Shown: piece after piece, positions 39,005-48,695 of the stretch
Layout of the letters: each line of letters starts with the position of its first letter
How positions within the stretch are numbered: position 1 is the first letter of the stretch
DNA from: Patescibacteria group bacterium
GTDB lineage: Bacteria > Patescibacteriota > JABMPQ01
DNA: 64,000 nucleotides
Assembly: GCA_041749335.1 (NCBI GenBank)
Contig: JBGTBM010000009.1
Coordinates: 179 to 64,178, forward strand
Direction of reading: 5' to 3'
Program-made: the position numbers and the translations under genes
The notes under the pieces: model-generated
What the model was told of the DNA's origin: nothing
The model's input: only the letters and a program-made list of their open reading frames with translations
Databases searched by the model: none

Positions 39005-39438
39005 ATCTGAAATATTTTATCAGCTGCATTAAAATAAGCAACTTCGGCATTATCACAATATTTACTAATTATTATTATATCAATTCTAGTATATAAAAAA
39101 AATATGTGATACTAGTGATGCTTATGAGTATGGCATATTCTAATATTTTCTTTCCCACTCCACTAATAAAAATTCTTTGCGCCTGAAGATTATTCAAATA
39201 TTAATGCCTTCATTTTTTGACAATGATTGTGCGATATATTTGGCAATTGATTCACTTAAACCATTAACAATAAAATACATAAAAAAGAAAGTGATTAAGT
39301 AAAAAGAGTAAATAAAGCCCATATTTATCCGGACTCCATGCGTTAGATAAAATATAATAAATTAGCAAATAATGCTAAATTGTATATTATTATTTGTATT
39401 ATTTTCCAAATACTGTTTTTAAGAATTATTGTCGACAT
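39005..39438 (-). pseudogene. Degraded paralog of the 34819..36150 flippase
   Basis: Starts MSTIILKNSIWKIIQIII (vs MISKIARNSFWKIIQIII). Fragments ILSNAWSPDKYGLYL, FFFMYFIVNGLSES and YTRIDIIIISKYCDNAEVAYFNAADKIFQ lie in shifted frames. 39027-39063 is identical to 35367-35403. Confidence 0.88.
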
Positions 39439-40573
39439 TATTAATTAATTTTTTATAATTTATTTCTAGATCCTTACAAATTTTCGAAATATTAAAATTG
39501 TTTATAGTGTGTTTTTGTCCATTTAATCCTATACAATCTCTTAATTCCGTATTTTTTAATAATTCTATTGTTTTTTTTGCGTATTTTATTGGATCATTTT
39601 CAATAATAATATCCTGATTGTTTTTAGCGTCAATTCCATATGCACCTATGCTCGTAGTTATTACCGGCATCCCCGCAGCCATAGCTTCAAGAATTTTAAC
39701 TTTGATTCCACTTCCCCATGTTATTGGTGCCACAAAAACCTTATAAAAAGTAAAATGATCTTTAACATCACTAACTTCTCCACAAAGTATTATATTTTTA
39801 CTTTTCATCATTGATATTTTTTCATAATATTTTCCAATAATATAGAATTTTGCCCGTGGTATTTTTAATAAGATTTCAGGAAATATATTCTTAATGAAAT
39901 AATTTACAGCATCAATATTCGCATAATGTTTAAAATTTCCGATAAATAATAATGAATCTTCTTTAATAATATTTCTTTTTTTATTATACTCATTGACCTT
40001 TAGGCCTATTGGGCAAACTTGGATGTTTAAATTATTATTTTCCTTTTTTATTAATAGTTTATCGTCTTTACTTCTCGTTAATATTAACTCCGCATGCTTT
40101 AATATCTGCATTTCTACTTTTTTAACAATCCAATATTTTATTAAATTTAATATTTTAGATGTACCCTTGCTATATTGATATCGAGTCTGCCTACTGCCAA
40201 ATAATACATCTACCTCACTTATTACTATTTTTTTGTGTTTTATAAAAGGAGAATATAACCCACATAATGTATATTCTATATGGACTATTTGAATATCGTA
40301 AATTTTAATAATATTATTTATTTCTAATAAAAATTCAGTAAAATAATTTTTAATGAATTTTATAGGATTTTTATGAAATTTTAATTTATTAAAAACTTTT
40401 AAATAGGCACAATACTTCATTAGATTATCCATTTCTTCCTTTTCATAGCCCTCTATCCGTGAAATAAAATAGATATCATTTTTTTTTGATAATTCTTTTA
40501 TTAAATTAAGCATATACACCCCCCCTCCATGAAATCTTGAAGGAAAATGAGTTGAAACAATTAATATTCGCAT
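39419..40573 (-). CDS. GT4 glycosyltransferase
   Basis: FIGNFKHYANIDA, GSGIKVKILEAMAAGMPVITT. Confidence 0.9.
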   Translation of the reverse strand: MRILIVSTHFPSRFHGGGVYMLNLIKELSKKNDIYFISRIEGYEKEEMDNLMKYCAYLKVFNKLKFHKNPIKFIKNYFTEFLLEINNIIKIYDIQIVHIEYTLCGLYSPFIKHKKIVISEVDVLFGSRQTRYQYSKGTSKILNLIKYWIVKKVEMQILKHAELILTRSKDDKLLIKKENNNLNIQVCPIGLKVNEYNKKRNIIKEDSLLFIGNFKHYANIDAVNYFIKNIFPEILLKIPRAKFYIIGKYYEKISMMKSKNIILCGEVSDVKDHFTFYKVFVAPITWGSGIKVKILEAMAAGMPVITTSIGAYGIDAKNNQDIIIENDPIKYAKKTIELLKNTELRDCIGLNGQKHTINNFNISKICKDLEINYKKLINNVDNNS

Positions 40574-40616
40574 ATATTTCCTATTTCTTTTATAATTTTA
40601 TATTATTTTAATTAAT

Positions 40617-41400
40617 TTACTTTAATTTACATACAAATATTGTCCCCGCACAACATATCCATGGAGATATTGACTTTAATATTCCTTCTAATTTATTTCC
40701 GATTCCATTTAATTCATATTTTTTATTTTTTGCTCGTAGAAATGGGAAGTCCATATAAAAACCCATACTTTTAGGTTTTTTAAAATCATCGGCTGCAATT
40801 TCAACAATTTGAAAACCATTCCTAAGTAAAATCTTTTTAAATTTATTTTTTGTAAAACGATATTCGCCAAAAACCATTTTACATCCATTGATTTTATTTA
40901 ATAAAACAAATATATTTTTTATATGATTTATAAATAATCTTCTGATAAAATTTTGAGTTGGAATTGTTATAATCAGATAACCATTTTTTCTTAAAACCCT
41001 TCTCATTTCATCCAAGGCCCCTTGGGGACCCTCCTTAAAATGTTCCACCACTCCTAATGAAATTATTACATCAAAATAATTATTTGGATATTTTATATCT
41101 AATATATTTCCTTTTTCAATTTTAATATTACTTCCAGATAATTTTATTTTTTTTATATATAGCATCATCACTTAACTCTATCCCTTGAATATCATATCCT
41201 TGACTATTTAAATAGAATACCCACCTTCCTAATCCGCATCCCGCCTCTAATATTTTATGAGTTTTTTTTAAATACTTATTAAATATATCATCTACATTTT
41301 GGTATTTACACAATGCAATTCCTTCATTTATTGATTGACCCAACCAACATTGGCCTAAAGTATCTCTATTATTTTCTTTTTGATAATGTATATAAGTCAT
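40617..41400 (-). pseudogene. SAM-dependent methyltransferase split by a frameshift
   Basis: Motif I (ILEAGCGLGRW) lies in 41128..41400 and FDVIISLGVVEHF lies in 40617..41171. The junction is at a (TA)n + A8 tract, 41147-41161. Confidence 0.85.
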
Positions 41401-42374
41401 TTTCTCACTACCTTTCTTCGTTTAATAATATATTTAGGTATCAAACAAAATGCGTTAAAATTTGCTTTTACTAAAATTATAGTCATTTTCCATATTCCGA
41501 TATTTTCTTTTAATTTTTCAACCGATTCATTTTTATTAAAAAAATAAGAAATTTTTAATTTAATATTTCGTAAAGGAAATAATAAAAGATCGAATAATGC
41601 TAGATTTTTAATAGCTGTCAAAATTGAATTCCGCTCACAATAAAAAGATTTGAAGGGAGATGCTACTCCTCCTGTTTTAGAATGAAGGTGGATTAACTTT
41701 GCATTCGCAGATAGATATGATATATAACCCATACTTCGCATCCTAAAACCAATGTCATAATCTTCTGTATATGCAAAAAAATCTTCATCAAAAAATTCTT
41801 TATCTCTGGCAATTATTTTTTTCACCATCTCCCTTTTAAAAAGCGCTGCAACTCCACCAGCAGCAAAAACCTCAGAATCTGTGTTAAGTTCTGGAATTTG
41901 TTCATCGGTCATTCCATATCCCATTGATACCCCCCCCTTTTTATTAATATGTATGCTTTTACTAAACTCTAATCCTGCGTTTTGAATCGTCTTCCCATCA
42001 CTAAAATATGCCTTACTTGTTACAGAGCCAATTAAATTATTTTTTTGAGCAGTTTTAATTAAATTATTTAACCAATTTTTCTCAACAATAGTATCATTAT
42101 TTAAGCAAATTATATATTTTATGTTTTTATCAGTAAGGGCATTCTTAATTCCTTCATTATTACCTTTGGCATATCCATAATTTTTATTAAGTTTAATTAT
42201 TTTTACTTTATTAAAAAATTTTTTTACAAAATTTACGCTATCATCTACAGAACCATTATCAACCAGATATATTACAAAATTTTTATATGTTTGATTGTAC
42301 AAAGAATTCAAACAATCATTTAAATATTCTTTACCATTCCAATTAACAATTATTATTGCTACGTTATCTCTCAT
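41397..42374 (-). CDS. GT2 glycosyltransferase
   Basis: IIIVNWNG, VDNGSVD, LNNDT, FFAYTEDYDIG. Confidence 0.9.
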   Translation of the reverse strand: MRDNVAIIIVNWNGKEYLNDCLNSLYNQTYKNFVIYLVDNGSVDDSVNFVKKFFNKVKIIKLNKNYGYAKGNNEGIKNALTDKNIKYIICLNNDTIVEKNWLNNLIKTAQKNNLIGSVTSKAYFSDGKTIQNAGLEFSKSIHINKKGGVSMGYGMTDEQIPELNTDSEVFAAGGVAALFKREMVKKIIARDKEFFDEDFFAYTEDYDIGFRMRSMGYISYLSANAKLIHLHSKTGGVASPFKSFYCERNSILTAIKNLALFDLLLFPLRNIKLKISYFFNKNESVEKLKENIGIWKMTIILVKANFNAFCLIPKYIIKRRKVVRK

Positions 42375-42439
42375 TATTTTAATTTCATCTACTATTATTT
42401 CAAATTTATTTATAAATATTAATTATTTATAATTTAAGT

Positions 42440-43738
42440 TTATATTTCATTAATAGTATATAAATATTTTCCGTTTTTTAAACAATTAATATTTTTTACA
42501 AATTCCCAATCTATTTTACAGCTTTGTCCCATCACTTTTTTAATTGATTTTTCGATTCTATTTCTGTTCTCTTCAAATAATGTCTTCCTTTCTAAAACAA
42601 CCTTAATAAGTATTTTATTATAATTCTTTTGAATTACTTGAAATTTTTTAATATAGCCTTGATTATAAATTACCCCTATGAAATGTATAAAATATTCCGC
42701 GGGTATAATTTTACCCTCTTTCGTCGTAAATATACTTATTTCCCTACCCTCAACTTTTTCTAAATAACTCCAATTTTCACCTCTAATACCAATATCACCT
42801 ATTTCATATCTAATAAAAGGCATTGAGTAATTATTTAAATTAGTGATATAAATCTTATTATTTTCTAATACTTCTAAATAATTATTCCAAAAACTCAATT
42901 TCAATCCTTGATTAGTATTATCATCACACGCCATATCCCCAACTTCCCTTGATCCATATCGATTAAAAACTTTTGTTTTAAAAACTTCTTCGATCTTCTG
43001 TTTTATTTCTGGATATAGCGTACCAGCGGAAGTTAAAATTCCTTTAGGACTATACATTTTAAAATTATTTCTTTGAATAAATTTAGCGAATTCAGACATT
43101 GACTGAACATATGCCTCTACCCAAACCGGCTTAAACTTATTCCAATCTTTTACAAATTTTCTCATATTCTTTTCTGACATTTTAAAACTATTTAATTCTT
43201 TTCTATTATATAAAAAGTTTTTTAAACGCGTTGAGAACATTTCCTTGTCCAGTAATAAATCCCTCTCTGATCCCCATAAGCGCAATTCTCTATACCCCAT
43301 ATCTTGCTTAGCAAAAGTCTTAAAATATATTTTGTTAGCAATATTCCAATCACTATAATTTTTATCTTAAAGAAATCTTACCGGCTCACCTGTGCTTCCA
43401 CCAGAAGTATTTTCGTAGAATCCTCTTTTTTTGTAATCTTTAGAATATAAATTACTCCCTTCGCTTCTAATTATTTCTTTTGTAAGAATGGGAATTTTAT
43501 TGAAATTTTCCAAATATACTTTATTATTTTTAACAACTCCGGCCACTGCTAAAATCTTATGATAATATAGAACATTCTCGTAGGCATGCTTTAGTATTTT
43601 TTTAAGCTTTTCCTTTTGATATTTCTCCTTTTCCGATAAAGAAAAATTATTAATTTTTTTTATTTCTTTTATGTTTCCAGAAATTTTACTGCCAGCTAGA
43701 TAAAGGAAGAAATATATTATTGGTTTACGCCAGTTCAT
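42440..43738 (-). pseudogene. CapK/phenylacetate-CoA-ligase-like adenylating enzyme interrupted by an in-frame TAA
   Basis: TSGGSTGEP P-loop, then GEPVRFL*DKNYSDWNIANK... continues in frame to YGSREVG, FIRYEIGD, VEGR and NGKY. The stop is at 43367-43369. Confidence 0.88.
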
Positions 43739-44864
43739 CTTTTTTAATTATATCCCTATATATAAGAAAATACTTATTGGCCATATTATCCCAGCTCATT
43801 TTTTCAGCCTTATTTCTACTTTCCCACTTCATTTTTTTAAGTCTTTGCCTATCTGTATATAGATTTTCCAGACTTTTATATATGTCATTTATATTTTTTT
43901 TATTTATAATAATGCCGTTTCTCTTATCGATTAATTCTCTTGTGCCTCCGGTATCAGTTGAGATTATTGCCAACCCAGATGACATTGCCTCTAATAATGA
44001 ATTACTCATCCCTTCATTAAGAGAAGGAAGCACAAATACATCAGATTTTTTATAATAATCATTTATATTATTATGATCAATTGTACCTAATATATTAATT
44101 TTATCTTTGAGGCCAGATTTAATTACTTTTTCTTCTATTTTTTCCCTTAAATTGCCATCTCCTATTATAATCAAGTCACTTTCTTTATATTTCTTATTGA
44201 ATTTAATAAACGCATCAATTAAGTAATTTATTCCTTTTCTTTTAATAAGACGCGATGTTGAAATTATAGTAAATTTATTATTTTCCCTTTTTTGAGGTTT
44301 AAATTTTTCAAAATCAATCCCATTATAAATTACTTCGAAATTTTGTTCTGCGCAGCTCCTTTCCGCTAATATTTTTAATCCTTCAGAATTAGTTACTACT
44401 CGTTTTGATCTTTCCCAAATATTTTTACTTAATCTCTGAAAAATTATTTTATCCAACCAATAAAATCTTTTGTTATAAAAAGGAACATCGCTTCCGCGTA
44501 AACTGACAATATAAGGTAAGTCAAGTTTCATTGCAATATAGCCACATGGAATTCCAAAAAAAGCATGGACTAAATCAAAATTATTTTTTTTATTTAATTT
44601 TTTACAAAATAAATAAGCCCTAAGGGTATAATTTAATATATCTTTATTGCTCTGATAGTGTAAATTTCCCTTTTTACCGATATTTAAAAAGTATATTTTG
44701 ACATTGTCGCTAATATTTTTCTCTTGATATTTGCCTATTGATGAAGTGACTAAAGTAATATTAATATTTTTTTCTTTGGCCAATTCTTTTAATAAATAAT
44801 AAGTCGCATTGCCCGCGCCTCCTCCGAGTGGTGGATATTCATAGTTCAACATTAAAATATTCAT
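43725..44864 (-). CDS. GT4 glycosyltransferase
   Basis: YEYPPLGGGAG, SRLIKRKG, PSLNEGMSNSLLEAM. Confidence 0.92.
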   Translation of the reverse strand: MNILMLNYEYPPLGGGAGNATYYLLKELAKEKNINITLVTSSIGKYQEKNISDNVKIYFLNIGKKGNLHYQSNKDILNYTLRAYLFCKKLNKKNNFDLVHAFFGIPCGYIAMKLDLPYIVSLRGSDVPFYNKRFYWLDKIIFQRLSKNIWERSKRVVTNSEGLKILAERSCAEQNFEVIYNGIDFEKFKPQKRENNKFTIISTSRLIKRKGINYLIDAFIKFNKKYKESDLIIIGDGNLREKIEEKVIKSGLKDKINILGTIDHNNINDYYKKSDVFVLPSLNEGMSNSLLEAMSSGLAIISTDTGGTRELIDKRNGIIINKKNINDIYKSLENLYTDRQRLKKMKWESRNKAEKMSWDNMANKYFLIYRDIIKKDELA

Positions 44865-44895
44865 AAAATAAATTTATTAATATCTAAACATTATT

Positions 44896-44927
44896 AAAAA
44901 AAGCCGAATTTGTCTATAATTCGGCTT
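44896..44927 (-). terminator. Rho-independent terminator of the Cys-rich lipoprotein gene
   Basis: AAGCCGAATT / AATTCGGCTT 10 bp stem with a T run on the minus strand, 11 bp after the stop. Confidence 0.8.
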
Positions 44928-44938
44928 ATTAACATTTT

Positions 44939-46081
44939 TTATGGTTGAAATTTTGAAAAGTAATTATAAATTTTACTTTCCGACCAGGCTTCATTATACA
45001 CAACAATTTCATCAATTAAACCCTGGTAATACCTTAAGGTATTACCATCAGTTCCAATTTTGATTATTCCCCCGGGTACAAAAGAAGCTATAGTCTTGCT
45101 GTTTTCCAACATTCCATTAATAATAATGCGTAGATTAGATCCATCGAAAGTAAAGGCCAGATGGGTCCAATCATTATTAATCACATCGGAAGTTGAAAGC
45201 AACCCTGATTGCATTGTAGCAACCCATTTAATAGAAACGCCATCATTCCACATCATTAATCCAGGCAAGTCATCATTCTTCCAAAAAACATATTTCTTAT
45301 CATTAACAGTAGATGGCTTAACCCATGCCATTATAGTATAACCACTGCTGATCGAATCCAAGCTCGCCGAATCCGCCACCTCAATATAACCATCAACTCC
45401 GTTAAATTGAGCCGAACAGCTATCTTGATCTTCACCCGGAACAAAATCCCCGGCATTGCAAGCCAAACTCGCTCCGCCGTATGCCACGCCATTATTGCCA
45501 TTTCCGGAAAGATCGGCCACGTACGTAGGCCAGGTGGTCCAGGCATCGCCGAACTGAAACAGCAGCTTTAGGCTGCCGCAATCCTCGTCAATCTGCCCGT
45601 CGCAGTTATTATCCAAGCCGTCACACACCTCATGACCGCCCATTGAAACACTGCACTGGTATTCACAGCCATCGGCCGGATCATCGTTTTGATCCCACCA
45701 AGTATGCGAAGTTCCTGATACCAAACATTCTGCGACCTGACATTGCCCCAAGATACATTCCGCAGTTGCATTCGGCAGATTGCAGACATTGCCGCAATAA
45801 CCGCAGTTATTGGGATTATTCTGCAAATCAAAGACCTCATCAATCTGGCCGTTGCAGTTATTGTCCGCCCCATCGCAGATTTCCACACCGCCGTTGGTCG
45901 GTACGCACGCGTCATTGTTATTATTGACGTTGGTATCCGGCTGAACTTCTGCGTCCGTCATCCCCGAATCATTATTATGATTCGGCGGCAAAAGTCCGGT
46001 AGCATCAAAAACACATCCCGACAGCGTAATCGCCATTGCAAGCAGATATACGAGATTCAATTCAAATCTTTTCAAAACCAT
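44939..46081 (-). CDS. Cys-rich lipoprotein with MopE-like (E.CDG.DNNC.GQIDE) repeats and a C-terminal LamG/ConA domain
   Basis: Lipobox LSGC. Repeats EICDGADNNCNGQIDE and EVCDGLDNNCDGQIDE, plus NNCGYCGNVC. LamG motifs DLSGNGNNG, FNGVDGYI, TIMAWVK, WTHLAFTFDG, GLIDEIVVYN. Confidence 0.85.
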   Translation of the reverse strand: MVLKRFELNLVYLLAMAITLSGCVFDATGLLPPNHNNDSGMTDAEVQPDTNVNNNNDACVPTNGGVEICDGADNNCNGQIDEVFDLQNNPNNCGYCGNVCNLPNATAECILGQCQVAECLVSGTSHTWWDQNDDPADGCEYQCSVSMGGHEVCDGLDNNCDGQIDEDCGSLKLLFQFGDAWTTWPTYVADLSGNGNNGVAYGGASLACNAGDFVPGEDQDSCSAQFNGVDGYIEVADSASLDSISSGYTIMAWVKPSTVNDKKYVFWKNDDLPGLMMWNDGVSIKWVATMQSGLLSTSDVINNDWTHLAFTFDGSNLRIIINGMLENSKTIASFVPGGIIKIGTDGNTLRYYQGLIDEIVVYNEAWSESKIYNYFSKFQP

Positions 46082-46129
46082 AATTTCCTCCTTTTTCTCT
46101 TGTTTTCAAAGAACATTTTTTCTGTTTAC

Positions 46130-46158
46130 ACCATATAACTTTTAATCTATTTTGTCAA
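46130..46158 (-). promoter_or_regulatory. sigma70-type promoter for the lipoprotein gene
   Basis: Minus strand TTGACA-17 bp-TATGGT. A GAGGAGG RBS sits 5 nt before the ATG. Confidence 0.6.
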
Positions 46159-46173
46159 TATTTTTTACATAAT

Positions 46174-46203
46174 AAAAAACTTAACAAAAATGCTAAGTTT
46201 TTT
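46174..46203 (-). terminator. Weak AT-rich terminator after ugd
   Basis: AAAAAACTTAACA / TGCTAAGTTTTTT inverted repeat. Confidence 0.45.
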
Positions 46204-46210
46204 ATAAAAT

Positions 46211-47500
46211 TTATCTTCCTATTCCAACATAATGATATCCCATTTTTTCCATATCGGCTCCCGCCAAAAGATTCCTTCCGTCGATTAAAATATGGGGCTC
46301 TTTAATTAAATTTTTTATTTTATCATAGTCCAATTCTTTAAATTCCGGCCATTCGGTAGCGATAATTACCGCCTTAGCGTCTTTTACCGCAGCATAAGGA
46401 TTATCATGAAATTTTACCGTACCGTTTAACGCGTTATGAGCGTTTTTAGCGGCTTTTGGATCATAAGTAGATACATTCGCACCTAATCCCGTCAAAATGC
46501 GAATAATATCAATTGCGGCCGATTCTCTAATATCATCGGTATTGGCTTTAAATGCCAACCCCAATACCGCGATATTTTGTCCATTTAAATTGCCCAACAG
46601 TTCTTCCAACTTATCTATAACAATTAATCTTTGTTTATTATTTACCTCAATTACCGCTTTTAATAGCTTAAAATCATATCCTTTGGTTCCCGCGATCTGG
46701 TTAAGCGCGTTAACATCTTTGGGAAAGCACGAACCGCCATAACCGATTCCCGCCTGAAGGAATTTGGGACCGATTCTCTTATCAAAACCCATGCCTCTGG
46801 CTACATCTTCCACATCAGCGCCCACCCGCTCACAAATATTTGCAATTTCATTTATAAAAGAAATTTTTGTCGCTAAAAAAGCGTTGCTAGCATATTTAAT
46901 CATTTCCGCGCTTTCTACCGAGACGGTAATTTTAGGATAATCCAAGGGTTCATAAATCTTTAGCATTATATCCCTGGCCCGATTACTATTGGCACCAATT
47001 ACGATGCGATCCGGCTCCATAAAATCCTGGACTGCTGATCCCTCCCTTAAAAATTCAGGGTTGGAAACCACATCAAAATCTCCCTTATATTGTTCCCTAA
47101 TGATATCCGTAACCAACTTGCCTGTTCCAACAGGTACCGTGCTTTTATCAACTATTACCTTGTAATCCTTAATATTCTCGGCAATTTCTCCAGCCACCGC
47201 TTCCACATATTGCAAATCCGCCTTGCCATCCTTTCGAGAAGGCGTGCCCACCGCAATAAAAACAACTTCGACATTATCTAAAACATCCTTGAGTGAATTG
47301 GAAAAATTTAACCTGCCGCTTTTTACTTCGTCTAAAACAACTTTTTCTAATCCCGGTTCATAGATTGGGATCTCGCCTTGCTTTATTCTATTGATTTTTT
47401 CTTGGTCGACATCAACGCAGGTGGTATTATTGCCCAATTTTGCTAAACATGCTCCGGCTACCAAACCCACATATCCGGTACCAACTACAGCAATATTCAT
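46211..47500 (-). CDS. ugd: UDP-glucose 6-dehydrogenase
   Basis: GTGYVGL, SNPEFLREG, GYGGSCFPKD, GLAFKANTDDIRES. Confidence 0.95.
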   Translation of the reverse strand: MNIAVVGTGYVGLVAGACLAKLGNNTTCVDVDQEKINRIKQGEIPIYEPGLEKVVLDEVKSGRLNFSNSLKDVLDNVEVVFIAVGTPSRKDGKADLQYVEAVAGEIAENIKDYKVIVDKSTVPVGTGKLVTDIIREQYKGDFDVVSNPEFLREGSAVQDFMEPDRIVIGANSNRARDIMLKIYEPLDYPKITVSVESAEMIKYASNAFLATKISFINEIANICERVGADVEDVARGMGFDKRIGPKFLQAGIGYGGSCFPKDVNALNQIAGTKGYDFKLLKAVIEVNNKQRLIVIDKLEELLGNLNGQNIAVLGLAFKANTDDIRESAAIDIIRILTGLGANVSTYDPKAAKNAHNALNGTVKFHDNPYAAVKDAKAVIIATEWPEFKELDYDKIKNLIKEPHILIDGRNLLAGADMEKMGYHYVGIGR

Positions 47501-47511
47501 ATTTTTATATT

Positions 47512-48678
47512 TTATAATTCTAATACTTTTTTTAAATCATCCGCTTTATCCGTTTTTTCCCAAGAGAAACCTTCTTCATTGCGTCCAAAATGCCCATACG
47601 CCGCGGTTCGAAGATAAATTGGCCTTTGTAAATCCAGTGTTTCAATAATTCCCGATGGTGTTAAATCAAAATTATCTCTAATTAGCTGAACTAATTTTTC
47701 CTCGCTTATTTTTCCGGTTCCCTTGGTATCCGCCATTATAGAAACCGGCTCAGGATAGCCAATCGCGTAAGATATTTGCACTTCACAGACATCGGCCAAA
47801 TCGGCTGCAACAATATTTTTGGCGATATATCTTGCCATATAGGCTCCCGATCGATCTTGTTTGTTAGGTCCTTTGCCACTGAAGCATCCACCACCATGCG
47901 TCCCGCGCCCACCATAGGTATCTACAATTATCTTTCGTCCGGTTAGTCCGGTATCTCCGTGCGGCCCGCCAATTACAAATCTACCCGTCTCATTAACATA
48001 ATACTTGGTATTTTCATCAAGATATTCACCGCACATTGGCTTAATAACCTGCTTTATTATGTCTTCTCTCAATTTTGTCAATTCAATATCTTCATCGTGC
48101 TGCGCCGCGATTACCACCGCCTCAACTCTTTTCGGTTGGCCGTTTTCATATTCCACCGATACTTGCGACTTTCCGTCCGGGCGAAGATAGGAAAGAATTT
48201 TTTCTTTTCTCACGCGAGCTAATTCTCGAGTTAATTTATGAGCCAGCATAATCGGTAGCGGCATTAATTCTTCGGTTTCCTTGCAGGCATAGCCAAACAT
48301 CATCCCCTGGTCGCCGGCACCCATTGACCTTTGTTCATCTTCCACTTCTCCCATCGCTATATCAGCGCTCTGTTCATCTATCACATTCATAACAGCGCAG
48401 CTTTTATAATCAATGCCATAATCGGCATTAGTATAACCAATATTTTTTAAAACCCCGCGAACAATTTTCGGAATATCGACATAATGTTTGGTAGTGATCT
48501 CTCCGCCCACCAATACCATGCCGGTAGTGGTAAATGCTTCACAACAACATTTTCCTTTTGAATCATGGGCAATAATTTCATCTAAAACCGCGTCGGATAT
48601 CTGATCACAAATTTTGTCCGGATGTCCTTCGGTCACTGACTCTGATGTAAAAATATAATTGCTTTTTTTATCTTTCAT
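47512..48678 (-). CDS. metK: S-adenosylmethionine synthetase
   Basis: [40 protein letters not shown]. Confidence 0.97.
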   Translation of the reverse strand: MKDKKSNYIFTSESVTEGHPDKICDQISDAVLDEIIAHDSKGKCCCEAFTTTGMVLVGGEITTKHYVDIPKIVRGVLKNIGYTNADYGIDYKSCAVMNVIDEQSADIAMGEVEDEQRSMGAGDQGMMFGYACKETEELMPLPIMLAHKLTRELARVRKEKILSYLRPDGKSQVSVEYENGQPKRVEAVVIAAQHDEDIELTKLREDIIKQVIKPMCGEYLDENTKYYVNETGRFVIGGPHGDTGLTGRKIIVDTYGGRGTHGGGCFSGKGPNKQDRSGAYMARYIAKNIVAADLADVCEVQISYAIGYPEPVSIMADTKGTGKISEEKLVQLIRDNFDLTPSGIIETLDLQRPIYLRTAAYGHFGRNEEGFSWEKTDKADDLKKVLEL

Positions 48679-48695
48679 AATATCTCTATTATTTA

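Noticed and set aside
43367-43369. Stop-codon reassignment or readthrough to explain the in-frame TAA
   Set aside because: TAA ends most genes in the window, TGA also acts as stop (e.g. at 9679) and Trp is TGG. A point nonsense mutation is simpler.
19700-44870. Prophage or integrative element explaining the AT-rich core
   Set aside because: No integrase, transposase, phage genes or flanking direct repeats were recognised.
45060-46138. Several overlapping alternative ORFs across the Cys-rich lipoprotein gene
   Set aside because: They are by-products of locally higher GC (fewer stops). Only 44939..46081 has an RBS, lipobox and recognisable domains.
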